Shown: in pieces, positions 26,298 to 36,697 of the stretch
Layout: each line of letters starts with the position of its first letter
Position numbering within the stretch: position 1 is the stretch's first letter
Assembly (NCBI GenBank): GCA_043803945.1
Contig: JAZDJN010000103.1
Span: 1-45,023 of the forward strand
Direction of reading: 5' to 3'
Origin: a bacterium
GTDB lineage: Bacteria; Bacteroidota; Ignavibacteria; UBA10030
Length of the DNA stretch: 45,023 nucleotides
The notes under the pieces: model-generated
What the model was told of the DNA's origin: nothing
Database searches by the model: none
Seen by the model: the letters and a program-made list of their open reading frames with translations, nothing else
Translations under genes and position numbers: made by a program

Positions 26298-27338
26298 TTA
26301 TTTCTTATTCGTATTCGAGCTGATGAGCAGTGATCGCCCAACGAACGGAGCTAATTTTTCCAATTGGTCGAGCAGACCAAAAAACGTTTCCGGTTTGAGC
26401 GATTGAAATCCATCCGAGAGTGCTGCCTGCGGATTCTGATGTACTTCGATGAGCAATCCATCGGCTCCGGCGGCAATTGCAGCCTTCGACATTGGCGGGA
26501 CGAGGTTCCAAGCTCCCGTTCCATGGCTAGGATCGACAATCACCGGCAGATGGGTTAGTTGTTTGAGAAGGGGCACAGCATTCAAATCGAGAGTGTTGCG
26601 TGTATACGGTTCAAAAGACCTAATACCGCGTTCACAAAGGATGATATTATAGTTCCCACTTGATGCAATATATTCTGCGGACATCAGAAGTTCTTCAATA
26701 GTAGCCGAGAGTCCCCGTTTAAGGAGAATAGCTCTTTTGACGCCGCCTAATTTTTCCAGAAGTGAGAAGTTGTACATATTGCGTGAGCCTACCTGAAGAA
26801 CGTCAGCATAGTGCGTGACAAGCGGCAGCGTCTCTGAGTCTTTTACCTCGGTGACGATGTACATTCCAAAACGATCGGCAGCTTCTCGTAAATACTTCAG
26901 CCCCTCCTCCTTCAGCCCTTGAAAGGAGTACGGTGAACTTCGCGGTTTGAATGCTCCACCGCGAAGAAATCGAATTCCTTTCGAAGAAAGAATATCAGCT
27001 AATTCTATGATCTGTTCTCTGCTCTCTACTGAACATGGCCCGGCAATAACTACAAGTTCATTCCCACCGATCGTCTTCTCGCCAACCCTGATCAGAGAAT
27101 CTTCTGTCTTTACTTCGCGGCTGACCAGCTTGAATGGTTTGGAGACAAGCACTACATCCTGCACACCTGGCATACTCAGAAAGAGGTCCCTGTCGAGCTG
27201 TTCTTTCGAACCAGTTATCCCGATCACCATTTTCTGCATGCCCGGTATTTCATGGGCATGAAAACCGAGTGAGGCAATTTTCTCTTTTATCTGTTTGCTC
27301 TGTTCGAGCGAGGCGTCTTGTTTGAGCAAGACTATCAT
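26298..27338 (-). CDS. aroF: DAHP synthase type I-beta with N-terminal regulatory domain
   Basis: IAGPCSVES, GGAFKPRSSPYSFQG, LLKRG, LCERGIR, DPSHGTG. Confidence 0.96.
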   Translation of the reverse strand: MIVLLKQDASLEQSKQIKEKIASLGFHAHEIPGMQKMVIGITGSKEQLDRDLFLSMPGVQDVVLVSKPFKLVSREVKTEDSLIRVGEKTIGGNELVVIAGPCSVESREQIIELADILSSKGIRFLRGGAFKPRSSPYSFQGLKEEGLKYLREAADRFGMYIVTEVKDSETLPLVTHYADVLQVGSRNMYNFSLLEKLGGVKRAILLKRGLSATIEELLMSAEYIASSGNYNIILCERGIRSFEPYTRNTLDLNAVPLLKQLTHLPVIVDPSHGTGAWNLVPPMSKAAIAAGADGLLIEVHQNPQAALSDGFQSLKPETFFGLLDQLEKLAPFVGRSLLISSNTNKK

Positions 27339-27368
27339 CGATATACCTTTTTCTTCAGAATCGAATTT

Positions 27369-28151
27369 CTACCAACTTCCCGTTGCACCGCCGCCGCCAG
27401 ACATACCTCCGCCACCACTCCAATCTCCTCCACCTGAGGTCCACCCTCCTCCGTTATTCCAACCGCTTCCGCCTCCGGATGAATGATGACCCAACGTACC
27501 GATCGGAACTCCCCAGCCAGAATCATACGACCATCGCCCGGAACCCATCATATATTTACGGCGGGAACGGATCGCAGGAATTAAGAAGAGCATCAGCAGT
27601 ACCAGAGCCGCGAACAAGCCTACGGTGACGAGTGGCGCCTTTTTTCCCCTCCGTTCGACTTTATATTCTCCAGCAGTGGCAGCAATAATGGCCTGCGCAC
27701 CTGCTTTCATTCCTCCGTGGAAATCATTATTCCGGAATGATGGTTTGATTTCCCTCTCAATGATTTGGCTTGAAAGTGCATCGGTCAAGACACCTTCCAG
27801 GCCATAACCAACTTCAATTTTCACTATCCGGTCATTTTTCGCGATGACCATCAGAACGCCGTTATTTTTTCCGCGCAGCCCAAGTTGGTTTTTCTCAAAC
27901 GTACGAACCGTATAATCTTCAATAGACTCTTGGAGGAGTGAAGGTATTAATACAATGACCAACTGGTTTGAAGTGGAATCCTCAAACTGCTGAAGCAAAG
28001 ACTCAAGTGCTTTCCATTGCGAAAAGCTCAGGGTATTCGTGAAATCAGTAACCCGCTGATGGAGGATCGGTATTTCAACCTGAGCAATTGTTACACCACT
28101 TAGCGCGAGAAGCAGTAGAAGTATGATAAACAATCGATAGTTCATTCTCAC
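27369..28151 (-). CDS. TPM-domain (YgcG/DUF477) membrane protein with Gly-rich tail
   Basis: Signal peptide, NNGVLMVIAKNDRIVKIEVGYGLEG, TM helix, GGGGMSGGGGATGSW. Confidence 0.92.
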   Translation of the reverse strand: MRMNYRLFIILLLLLALSGVTIAQVEIPILHQRVTDFTNTLSFSQWKALESLLQQFEDSTSNQLVIVLIPSLLQESIEDYTVRTFEKNQLGLRGKNNGVLMVIAKNDRIVKIEVGYGLEGVLTDALSSQIIEREIKPSFRNNDFHGGMKAGAQAIIAATAGEYKVERRGKKAPLVTVGLFAALVLLMLFLIPAIRSRRKYMMGSGRWSYDSGWGVPIGTLGHHSSGGGSGWNNGGGWTSGGGDWSGGGGMSGGGGATGSW

Positions 28152-28153
28152 AC

Positions 28154-28759
28154 TTAGAATTTTACCTGTGGTGGTTTCTCTGCGCCTTCGATGGAATCGA
28201 AATAGGCTTTCTCCTTGAACCCCGAGAATGAGGCAATGAAGGAAGCCGGAAACTTCCTGATCATCGTGTTATATTCCCTGACTGCTTCGTTGAAACGTCT
28301 GCGTTCAACTGCAATTCGGTTCTCTGTCCCCTCAAGCTCCTTTTGAAGCGTGAGAAAATTTACATCTGATTTGAGTGTTGGATAATTCTCTGTCACTACG
28401 AGCAGCCGGGAAAGTGCAGAACTCAATCCATCCTGTGCCTGCCTGAACTTCGCAAAGGCCTGGGGATCATTGAGCACTTCGGGAGTCACGGTCATTTTGC
28501 CGACGCTTGCCCTCGCTTCTGTCACTTCCGTCAGTACCTGCATCTCCTGCTTGGCAAATCCCTTTACCGTTTCTATCAGGTTGGGAATAAGATCAAATCT
28601 GCGTTGATATTGATTTTGAACTTGTGCCCAGCCCGCTTTGACAGCTTCTTCATTGGTCACTATTTTATTATGGACAGAAATCCCCCAACCGACGATGGAG
28701 AGGGCAAAAAGGACAAGTCCTCCAAGTACGACGAGAGTAATGACAACTGCACGATTCAT
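28154..28759 (-). CDS. lemA: LemA family protein
   Basis: WAQVQNQYQRRFDLIPNL, ENYPTLKS, ELEGTENRIAVERRRFN. Confidence 0.96.
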   Translation of the reverse strand: MNRAVVITLVVLGGLVLFALSIVGWGISVHNKIVTNEEAVKAGWAQVQNQYQRRFDLIPNLIETVKGFAKQEMQVLTEVTEARASVGKMTVTPEVLNDPQAFAKFRQAQDGLSSALSRLLVVTENYPTLKSDVNFLTLQKELEGTENRIAVERRRFNEAVREYNTMIRKFPASFIASFSGFKEKAYFDSIEGAEKPPQVKF

Positions 28760-28864
28760 GTGGTTTCCTCACTGAAGATAGAATAAGACTTATAGAATTC
28801 TGTTAAAGTGTAGCAAATCTTCGCTGGAAAAACAAGGTAAGCTGGTTCGACCGGTATGTGAGTG

Positions 28865-28891
28865 AAAAAAAAGGCGACCATTCAGTCGCCT
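28865..28891 (-). terminator. Intrinsic terminator after the acyl-CoA dehydrogenase operon
   Basis: Minus strand AGGCGAC-TGAATG-GTCGCCT followed by a T run. Confidence 0.8.
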
Positions 28892-28935
28892 CTTGCAGCG
28901 GGGGCTTCCCTCCTTCTTGATGAGTTTTGCCACCA

Positions 28936-30075
28936 CTATTGCAATAATGACCTGCTAATAACGATGCGCTGAATCTCCGAAGTACCTTCATAGATCTCCG
29001 TAATCTTAGCATCGCGAAGAAAACGTTCAACTTTATATTCACGCATATAGCCATACCCGCCATGGATTTGTATCGCTTCAAGTGCTGCTTCAACTGCGAC
29101 TTTCGAAGCATAGAGCTTCGCCATGGCAGCTGCGGCGCTATAATTCTGCTTTTGATCCTTGAGCGCTGCTGCCCTGAGCGTCAATAATCGAGCGGCTTCA
29201 ATCTGAGTCGCCATATCGGCAAGCTTAAATTGAATTGCCTGAAGTTCCGCGATAGGTTTATCGAAGGCCTTGCGTTCTTTGCTGTAATGTACTGCGGCTT
29301 CCAGCGAAGCTTGTGCGATGCCAAGCGCTTGAGATGCAATACCGATTCTTCCGCCATCGAGGGTCTTGAGCGCGAATTTGATGCCGGATCCCTCCTCACC
29401 AATACGGTTGAGGGCTGGAATTCTGCAATCTTCAAAGGAGAGCGAAACGGTATCAGAACTCCGGATTCCCATCTTCCGTTCCTTCTTGGCTATCGCATAA
29501 CCGGGTGTCCCCTTTTCCACGATAAATGCACTGACTCCTTTTGCGCCTTTCGATCGATCCGTAGCAGCCATGACCAACACAACATCAGCGTTGGCACCGT
29601 TGGTAATAAAATTCTTTGTTCCATTGAGGATATAGTAATCGCCGTCCTTCACTGCACCTGTCCGCTGATTGGTGGCATCACTTCCCGCCTCCGGCTCGGA
29701 AAGTGCAAAGGCTCCAAGCGATCGGCCCGTTGCGAGATTTGTGAGATACTTTTGCTTTTGTTCTTCGGAACCAAAAGTCTCCAATCCCCAGCAAACGAGA
29801 GAATTATTTACGGACATGATAACCCCAGCCGATGCATCGACTTTTGAAATCTCCTCTTCAGCAAGAACGTACGAGATTGTATCCAAACCTGCCCCGCCGT
29901 ATTGTTCGGAAACCATCATCCCCATGAAGCCGAGTTCACCCATTTTTTTCACAGCCTCGAAGGGAAAGAGTTCCTTCTCATCCCGTTCATCGGCAGACGG
30001 AGCAAGTTCATCCTGCGCAAATTGGCGCGCAGTTTGTTGAATCATAAGCTGTGTTTCAGTGAACTGAAAATCCAT
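28936..30075 (-). CDS. Acyl-CoA dehydrogenase (butyryl/short-chain type)
   Basis: FALSEPEAGSD, NGTKNFITNG, GRIGIA, QIHGGYGY, IYEGTSEIQR. Start set at MDFQF. Confidence 0.95.
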   Translation of the reverse strand: MDFQFTETQLMIQQTARQFAQDELAPSADERDEKELFPFEAVKKMGELGFMGMMVSEQYGGAGLDTISYVLAEEEISKVDASAGVIMSVNNSLVCWGLETFGSEEQKQKYLTNLATGRSLGAFALSEPEAGSDATNQRTGAVKDGDYYILNGTKNFITNGANADVVLVMAATDRSKGAKGVSAFIVEKGTPGYAIAKKERKMGIRSSDTVSLSFEDCRIPALNRIGEEGSGIKFALKTLDGGRIGIASQALGIAQASLEAAVHYSKERKAFDKPIAELQAIQFKLADMATQIEAARLLTLRAAALKDQKQNYSAAAAMAKLYASKVAVEAALEAIQIHGGYGYMREYKVERFLRDAKITEIYEGTSEIQRIVISRSLLQ

Positions 30076-30082
30076 ACGAACC

Positions 30083-30949
30083 TCACGATATGTAAGTATA
30101 GAATCCTTTACCAGACTTCTTTCCAAGGTATCCTGCAGCCACCATTTTTTTCAACAAGGGGCAGGGACGGTATTTTGAGTCTCCCAGTCCTTTGTGAAGA
30201 ACCTCCATAATTGAAAGACAGACATCCAATCCAATGAAATCAGCCAATTGAAGCGGGCCCATAGGATGATTCATGCCCAGTTTCATAACAGTGTCGATGG
30301 CTTCGGGTGTTGCGACCCCTTCCATGATACAGTACATCGCCTCGTTGAGCATAGGCAAGAGAATCCGGTTTGAGATAAATCCTGGATAATCCTGTACTTC
30401 AACCGGCACTTTTTCTAATTTTTCTGCGAGTAATTTCACGAGATCATATGTCTGCTGCGAAGTGGCAAGCCCGCGAATCACTTCAACGAGTTTCATCATC
30501 GGTACAGGATTCATAAAATGCATACCAATGACATTCTGAGGTTTTGAGGTTGAAGCCGCAAGTGCAGTTATGGAGATCGAAGAAGTATTGGAAACAAGAA
30601 TCGTCTCGGTGGAAGAGAATCCATCAATCGTTTTAAAGAGTTCTTTCTTTAAGCCCTCCTGCTCGGTTGCAGCTTCTATGATGATATGCGCACCGTTACA
30701 TGCCTCTGCAAGATCAGTCGTCATTCTGAGCCGGGAGAACAATTGGGACTTCTGCCCCTCGGAAACCGTGCCTTTTTTTATTTGACGATCGATGTTTGTT
30801 TGAATGGTCTTTAGTCCCTGTTCGAGGAACTGTTGATTGACATCAACCAAGGTTACATGGTATCCGTACAATGCAAAGACGTGCGCAATACCGTTTCCCA
30901 TGGTTCCTGCGCCAAGCACAGTCACGTTAGTGATCGTTTCAAGGTTCAT
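30083..30949 (-). CDS. hbd: 3-hydroxybutyryl-CoA dehydrogenase
   Basis: [39 protein letters not shown]. Confidence 0.95.
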   Translation of the reverse strand: MNLETITNVTVLGAGTMGNGIAHVFALYGYHVTLVDVNQQFLEQGLKTIQTNIDRQIKKGTVSEGQKSQLFSRLRMTTDLAEACNGAHIIIEAATEQEGLKKELFKTIDGFSSTETILVSNTSSISITALAASTSKPQNVIGMHFMNPVPMMKLVEVIRGLATSQQTYDLVKLLAEKLEKVPVEVQDYPGFISNRILLPMLNEAMYCIMEGVATPEAIDTVMKLGMNHPMGPLQLADFIGLDVCLSIMEVLHKGLGDSKYRPCPLLKKMVAAGYLGKKSGKGFYTYIS

Positions 30950-30955
30950 AAGAAC

Positions 30956-32134
30956 TTACTCCATTAATTCCACAATGAGTGCACTTGCCTCACCACCACC
31001 TATGCAGATCGCCGCCATACCTCTCTTCTTCTTGAGCTGCTTCATCGTATGCAGTAACGTCACCAGTATTCTTGCTCCACTGGCTCCAATCGGGTGCCCG
31101 AGTGCTACTGCACCTCCACGAACATTTACTTTACCGACGTCCAATCCAAGCAACGATGTCACCGCTAATGCAGCAACAGAGAACGCCTCATTGATTTCAA
31201 ACAAATCGATTTCGTCCATTGTCAAATTTGCTTTTACCAGAATTTTTCGAATCACGTCGACAGGTGCTGTTGTGAACCACTCAGGTTTTTTTGCAGCTGA
31301 GGCATATTCAACAATTCGACCAAGAGGTTTAATACCAAGGGAACGAGCTTTGGTGGCGGACATCAGTACAAGCGCTGCGGCGCCATCGTTGATCTTTGAC
31401 GCGTTGGCGGCTGTTACTGTGCCATCGGTCTGAAATACCGGCTTCAACTTTTTTATCTTCTCGAAATCTGTTTTAAACGGCTCCTCATCCTGATCGAAAA
31501 CGACCTCACCCTGCTTCCCTTTCAGTATGACGGGAGTGATTTCTTCTTTGAACAAACCCTCGTTGAGAGACTGCTGAGCACGGCGATAACTCAACGCAGC
31601 AAATTCATCTTGTGCTGTCCTTGGAATGGCACATTCTTTCGCACAGAGTTCGGCAGCATTTCCCATGTGGTAATCGTTATAGACTTCCCAGAGCCCATCC
31701 TTGACCATCGAATCGAGCACTTTCCCATGCCCCATCCGATACCCTTCTCTCCCTTTTTCGAGCAGGTACGGTGTATTGGACATGCTTTCCATTCCTCCGG
31801 CAACGACCACATCAGCATCTCCGAGTCGAATTGCCTGTGCAGCAAGCATCACTGCCTTCAGGCCGGATCCACAAACCTTGTTGATCGTCATGCATTCAAC
31901 GGTGTCCGGCAATCCAGCAAAGAGCGCCGCCTGGCGCGCAGGCGCCTGTCCTACTCCTGCGGAGAGGACATTTCCCATAATCACTTCCTGTACATGATCT
32001 TTTGAAAGGCCGGCACGCCGAAGAGCGTCTTCAATGACAATTGCACCGAGCTTTGGCGCGGGGAGAGAACTGAGACTTCCAAGAAATGAAGCAATAGGAG
32101 TACGACAACCACTAACAATCACTGCATCATCCAT
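30956..32134 (-). CDS. Acetyl-CoA C-acetyltransferase (thiolase)
   Basis: NKVCGSG, EINEAF, GHPIGASG, CIGGG. Confidence 0.96.
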   Translation of the reverse strand: MDDAVIVSGCRTPIASFLGSLSSLPAPKLGAIVIEDALRRAGLSKDHVQEVIMGNVLSAGVGQAPARQAALFAGLPDTVECMTINKVCGSGLKAVMLAAQAIRLGDADVVVAGGMESMSNTPYLLEKGREGYRMGHGKVLDSMVKDGLWEVYNDYHMGNAAELCAKECAIPRTAQDEFAALSYRRAQQSLNEGLFKEEITPVILKGKQGEVVFDQDEEPFKTDFEKIKKLKPVFQTDGTVTAANASKINDGAAALVLMSATKARSLGIKPLGRIVEYASAAKKPEWFTTAPVDVIRKILVKANLTMDEIDLFEINEAFSVAALAVTSLLGLDVGKVNVRGGAVALGHPIGASGARILVTLLHTMKQLKKKRGMAAICIGGGEASALIVELME

Positions 32135-32192
32135 ACATCCTCACCAGCGGTTTATGTCAGAATTCGATATCACTACCCACAACGAATGCGGA

Positions 32193-33446
32193 TTAGCTGT
32201 TCATCACTTTCAGGAACTCGCGATTGGATTTTGTCCCACGCATCTTCTCGAGAATGAATTCCATCGCCTCAACAGGCGTCAGGTCGCTGAGAAGTTTTCT
32301 GAGAATCCATACACGGTTCAATTCCTCGGGTTCAAGCAGGATTTCTTCTTTCCGTGTTCCGGACCTGTTCAGGTCGATGGCAGGAAACACCCTACGGTCA
32401 CTGAGTTTGCGATCAAGAACCAGTTCGCTATTGCCCGTGCCTTTAAATTCTTCAAATATTACCTCATCCATCCGGCTTCCAGTCTCGACGAGTGCCGTAG
32501 CAATAATTGTCAGGCTTCCACCTTCCTCAATATTTCTTGCTGCACCGAAGAATCGCTTGGGTTTGTGCAATGCATTAGCATCGACACCGCCGGAAAGAAT
32601 TTTTCCGCTATGTGGAACAACTGTGTTATGAGCTCGCGCCAATCGTGTGATACTATCAAGGAGAATGACAACATCCTTCTTTGATTCAACGAGACGCTTT
32701 GCTTTTTCAATAACCATATCGGCGACTTGAACGTGGCGTTCGGGTGGTTCGTCGAAGGTGGAGGCAATGACCTCGGCCGCTACCGAGCGTTCCATATCTG
32801 TAACCTCTTCCGGACGCTCATCGATGAGGAGTACAATCATTTTTACTTCCGGATGATTCCGAACGATGCTATTGGCGATTTTCTGAAGAAGAATGGTCTT
32901 TCCTGCTTTAGGAGGCGAGACGATCATTCCACGCTGACCTTTGCCCACCGGAGAGAGTAAATCCATAATTCTCATGGAATATTCGCCAGGCACGGTCTCG
33001 AGTTTCAATCGATTAGTAGGATAGAGCGGGGTGAGGTTATCAAAGAGGATTCTATCCCGAATCACCTCTGGATTGTCGTCATTTACTGCTTCCACTCGCA
33101 GCAGGGCAAAAAAACGTTCACCCTCTTTAGGCGGTCTGACCTGACCGCTGACGCTATCACCCGTCCTCAGACCAAATTTCTTAATTTGCGAGGGTGAGAC
33201 ATAAATGTCATCGGGCGATGGCAGGTAATTATAATTCACAGAACGGAGAAAACCATATCCATCCGGCAATACCTCCAGCACGCCTTTGCTGAAGCTTAAT
33301 CCATCCTTTTGCGTCTGCGCTTCAAGGATTTTAAAAATGAGTTCTTGTTTTCGAAGATCGCTGTAACCGGAGAGGTTAAGATCTTTTGCAATCTGATTCA
33401 GTTCAGCAATCTTTTTGGACTTTAATTCGGTGATGTCCAATGGCAT
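32193..33446 (-). CDS. rho: Transcription termination factor Rho
   Basis: DGYGFLR, GKGQRG...[34 protein letters not shown]. Confidence 0.99.
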   Translation of the reverse strand: MPLDITELKSKKIAELNQIAKDLNLSGYSDLRKQELIFKILEAQTQKDGLSFSKGVLEVLPDGYGFLRSVNYNYLPSPDDIYVSPSQIKKFGLRTGDSVSGQVRPPKEGERFFALLRVEAVNDDNPEVIRDRILFDNLTPLYPTNRLKLETVPGEYSMRIMDLLSPVGKGQRGMIVSPPKAGKTILLQKIANSIVRNHPEVKMIVLLIDERPEEVTDMERSVAAEVIASTFDEPPERHVQVADMVIEKAKRLVESKKDVVILLDSITRLARAHNTVVPHSGKILSGGVDANALHKPKRFFGAARNIEEGGSLTIIATALVETGSRMDEVIFEEFKGTGNSELVLDRKLSDRRVFPAIDLNRSGTRKEEILLEPEELNRVWILRKLLSDLTPVEAMEFILEKMRGTKSNREFLKVMNS

Positions 33447-33652
33447 GAGAAATGATCCTCTAAAATGTATGAAAGGAATTACAGTACTTAGTTTGTCAAG
33501 TCGCTTAATCAGGATCGAGAATTAAGAATTCTTTATCAAAGCAGGTTAGAACGACTGACTGATTAATTTGAGAGTATTCTGGTTGGGCTATGAACTATGA
33601 AGATTTAGCTCGTTATTTGCTCGAGGAAATATAGCCCTTTCTTGTTTTGATG

Positions 33653-34969
33653 TCAAGCTCTTTTGTTCAGATAGGCAATTATTTCGCCGACGAGATAATG
33701 CGAGCCTGTCACCAAAATCGTGTGCTTCCCCTCATTTGCCTTTATTACAGATTGAATTGCCCGCGTTGGCGAACGATACGATCGGACGGAAACTTGCAAT
33801 TCATGGAAGACCTGCTCCAGATCGGCGGCATCGCGAGCTCTCTCCGACTGCGGGGGTGCCACATATGCACGGCGGACAATCGGAGCTAATTTTTTAATCA
33901 TCGACGAATAATCTTTATCCTTCAGAACTCCAAGCACAACATCGATGGGCACTTTTTGTAACTCTTTCAAAGTGTCAACAAGGGTCTCTATGGCCCCGGA
34001 ATTATGAGCGACATCGAGCAGAATATTCGAGCGACGGCTCCACAGCATACACCTGGCTTGAATGCCAGAAAATGAGATGACATTTTTCAATCCCAAGCGT
34101 AATGCTTTTTCCGAAATATGAAAACGACTTTTTTTATTCAGTACTTCAACAGCGCTCAGGACAAGTTTCAAATTTTGAAGCTGGTACAGACCTCCAAGGC
34201 GGAGTTCAAAATTTCTATACCTCTTCTCGCTTGATGTGATGGTGCTAATTGTTTTGAAAAGAGAATAGTCCTTGAGTTTGACCTCAAACTTATCCGTCAG
34301 AATAAGTTCACTTTTCTGCTTTTTGCAAACCTCCCTTAATATTTCAATACACTGGGGATCTGAAACACCAGTGATGCATGGAGTGTCTTTTTTAATGATA
34401 CCCGCTTTCTCGGAAGTAATTTTTCTGAGTGTCGCACCCAACACCTCGGTATGTTCGAGTGATATATTTGTAATAATAGAAACGAGAGGGTGAATAACAT
34501 TCGTCGAGTCCAAACGACCACCCAGTCCGGTTTCGATGATCGCAATATCGACATCTTCCTGAGAGAAGTAAGAAAAAGCGATCGCAGTAATGGCTTCAAA
34601 AAATGTGGAATGCCGTTCTTGTAATTCCTTCTCGAGTATTTTCGTGATAAAGGAAAGCGAATTCTTATTAATCGGCTTTCCATTGATTCTGATGCGCTCC
34701 GTAATATCAACGAGGTGAGGAGACGTATAAAGGCCGGTCTTATAGCCCGCTGCTGTAAAGATTGCCGCGAGCATTGCGGCGGTCGATCCTTTGCCATTCG
34801 TACCGGCAACGTGGATCGTCGGGAAATTGAGATGGGGATGCCCCAATACCGAAAGGAGGTCCTGAATCCCTTCGAGCCCGAATTTCATTCCATGCTTCTG
34901 AAGATCGAAGAGGAACTTGAGTGTTCTTGTATACGATTTCAAATGAGAAGGAAAGTGAGTTACAGCCAA
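33653..34969 (-). CDS. folC: Folylpolyglutamate synthase / dihydrofolate synthase
   Basis: HVAGTNGKGST, YTSPHL, ETGLGGRLDSTN, DVAHN, VTGSHYLVG. Confidence 0.96.
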   Translation of the reverse strand: MAVTHFPSHLKSYTRTLKFLFDLQKHGMKFGLEGIQDLLSVLGHPHLNFPTIHVAGTNGKGSTAAMLAAIFTAAGYKTGLYTSPHLVDITERIRINGKPINKNSLSFITKILEKELQERHSTFFEAITAIAFSYFSQEDVDIAIIETGLGGRLDSTNVIHPLVSIITNISLEHTEVLGATLRKITSEKAGIIKKDTPCITGVSDPQCIEILREVCKKQKSELILTDKFEVKLKDYSLFKTISTITSSEKRYRNFELRLGGLYQLQNLKLVLSAVEVLNKKSRFHISEKALRLGLKNVISFSGIQARCMLWSRRSNILLDVAHNSGAIETLVDTLKELQKVPIDVVLGVLKDKDYSSMIKKLAPIVRRAYVAPPQSERARDAADLEQVFHELQVSVRSYRSPTRAIQSVIKANEGKHTILVTGSHYLVGEIIAYLNKRA

Positions 34970-35904
34970 GAGTGCAAAACTGAGAATTTTATTTCTGCAT
35001 CAAGGGCTCCTACCAACTGGCCCAGATCGGCAATGCCCTGCTGTTCGGCATAGGAGGCTAACTGCTGTGCGATGGTGCAGGCGATACCAGGATTCACAAA
35101 ATTCATTGTACCAATCTGAACTGCTGTTGCTCCAACCAGGAGAAATTCGATAACATCCTCCACGTTCGATATTCCACCCATTCCGATGATCGGAATTTTC
35201 ACTGCCTTTGAGGCCTCATACACTTTCGCCAATGCAATAGGTTTTATTGCGGGTCCGGAAAGTCCACCCGTTACGGTTGATAACTTGGGTTTTCTCGTCC
35301 GGATATCGACGGCCATTCCGATAAGGGTATTAATGACGGAAATCGCATCAGCGCCCTCTCCTTCAACCCCACGAGCAAATTCGGAAATATGTGTAACATT
35401 CGGCGTCAACTTCATGATCAATGGCTTTTGGGTAAGTCTCCGTAAACTCGCCGTGATCTGCCTTGTCATAGAGCAATCTGTGCCAAAGTTCAGTCCTCCC
35501 TCCTTGACATTGGGGCAGGAGACGTTAATCTCATAGGCGTCCACTCCCTCCTGTTCCTCGAGCAGGATGAGGACATCGCAATATTCCTGTACGGAGCTTG
35601 CGGCGATGTTGACGACGATTGTTGTATCGAGAGTTCGGAGATATGGCAGCTTCTCATCGATAAAGCTCTTTACTCCAATGTTCGCCAGGCCGATGGAGTT
35701 TAGCATTCCGCTGGCAGTCTCGACAATTCGCCGTGGTGGATTGCCATCCCGAGGTTTCCACGAAAGCGATTTTGTGACGATGCCTCCCAGAGCATTCACA
35801 TCGACCAAGTCCTTGACCTCGTCGCCATAGCCGAATGTTCCCGATGCCACCAGGACACGATTCTTAAATTCAACAGCACCAATTGTGAATGATTCTTTGA
35901 TCAT
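34960..35904 (-). CDS. pyrD: Dihydroorotate dehydrogenase 1B catalytic subunit
   Basis: ASGTFGYG, NSIGLAN, EINVSCPN, KLTPN, GGLSGPAIKP. Confidence 0.96.
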   Translation of the reverse strand: MIKESFTIGAVEFKNRVLVASGTFGYGDEVKDLVDVNALGGIVTKSLSWKPRDGNPPRRIVETASGMLNSIGLANIGVKSFIDEKLPYLRTLDTTIVVNIAASSVQEYCDVLILLEEQEGVDAYEINVSCPNVKEGGLNFGTDCSMTRQITASLRRLTQKPLIMKLTPNVTHISEFARGVEGEGADAISVINTLIGMAVDIRTRKPKLSTVTGGLSGPAIKPIALAKVYEASKAVKIPIIGMGGISNVEDVIEFLLVGATAVQIGTMNFVNPGIACTIAQQLASYAEQQGIADLGQLVGALDAEIKFSVLHSWL

Positions 35905-36683
35905 GATCGGATGATAATTTCCTTACTGCTGAAGGTTGGTCCTTCCGTACAGACGAGTGAATATTTTTTCTTGCCATCGACCCGTTCTACAGGGCAACCC
36001 TGACAGATGCCGATCCCGCATGCCATCTCTCCCTCCAATGAAACTTCACACTCCAATTCGATACTGTTGGCATATTCAGCGAGAGCCTGCATCATCCTTG
36101 AGGGACCGCAGGTAAATACTTTGGGATGCCTGAAATTGTTCTCTGAGAGTACCTGCTTAAGAAGTTGTACGACATTTCCGTGGAATCCAATCGATCCATC
36201 ATCAGTTGCAGTCTGGACATTGTCGAGGTGTTGTGTCAAAATAAACTCGCGAGTTCGAGCTCCAATTAACGAAATAATCGTTTTCTCTCGTTCCCGAAGC
36301 TTCATAGTGAGAAATGGAAACGGAGCCACACCCAATCCGCCGGCAACGATAATCGCTTCGCTGAAATCGCCATCCATATGGAAAGACTGCCCGAGAGGGC
36401 CAAGGACATCGAGTTCATCTCCAATCGACTTGGAAGCGAGAATTTTTGTCCCCATACCGATCACGGCAAAAAGAAGTTCTACCTGATCTCCATCAATGCG
36501 GGAAATGCTAAAGGGCCTCCTCAAGAGGGGCATGCAGAGATCAGCCGTTCGGATATTCACAAATTGTCCTGGTTCTGCAACGGAGGATATTTCTTTCGAT
36601 CTGAAACGGATCAGACTAATGCCTTCGGTGAGAACTTCTGTTCCAGACACATGGACGATTTGTTGAACGATTGACTTTTTCAT
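35901..36683 (-). CDS. pyrK: Dihydroorotate dehydrogenase electron transfer subunit
   Basis: PGQFV, RRPFS, GGLGVAP, MACGIGICQGC...CTEGP [2Fe-2S] motif. Coupled to pyrD. Confidence 0.95.
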   Translation of the reverse strand: MKKSIVQQIVHVSGTEVLTEGISLIRFRSKEISSVAEPGQFVNIRTADLCMPLLRRPFSISRIDGDQVELLFAVIGMGTKILASKSIGDELDVLGPLGQSFHMDGDFSEAIIVAGGLGVAPFPFLTMKLREREKTIISLIGARTREFILTQHLDNVQTATDDGSIGFHGNVVQLLKQVLSENNFRHPKVFTCGPSRMMQALAEYANSIELECEVSLEGEMACGIGICQGCPVERVDGKKKYSLVCTEGPTFSSKEIIIRS

Positions 36684-36697
36684 CTATCAAGGTTAAT

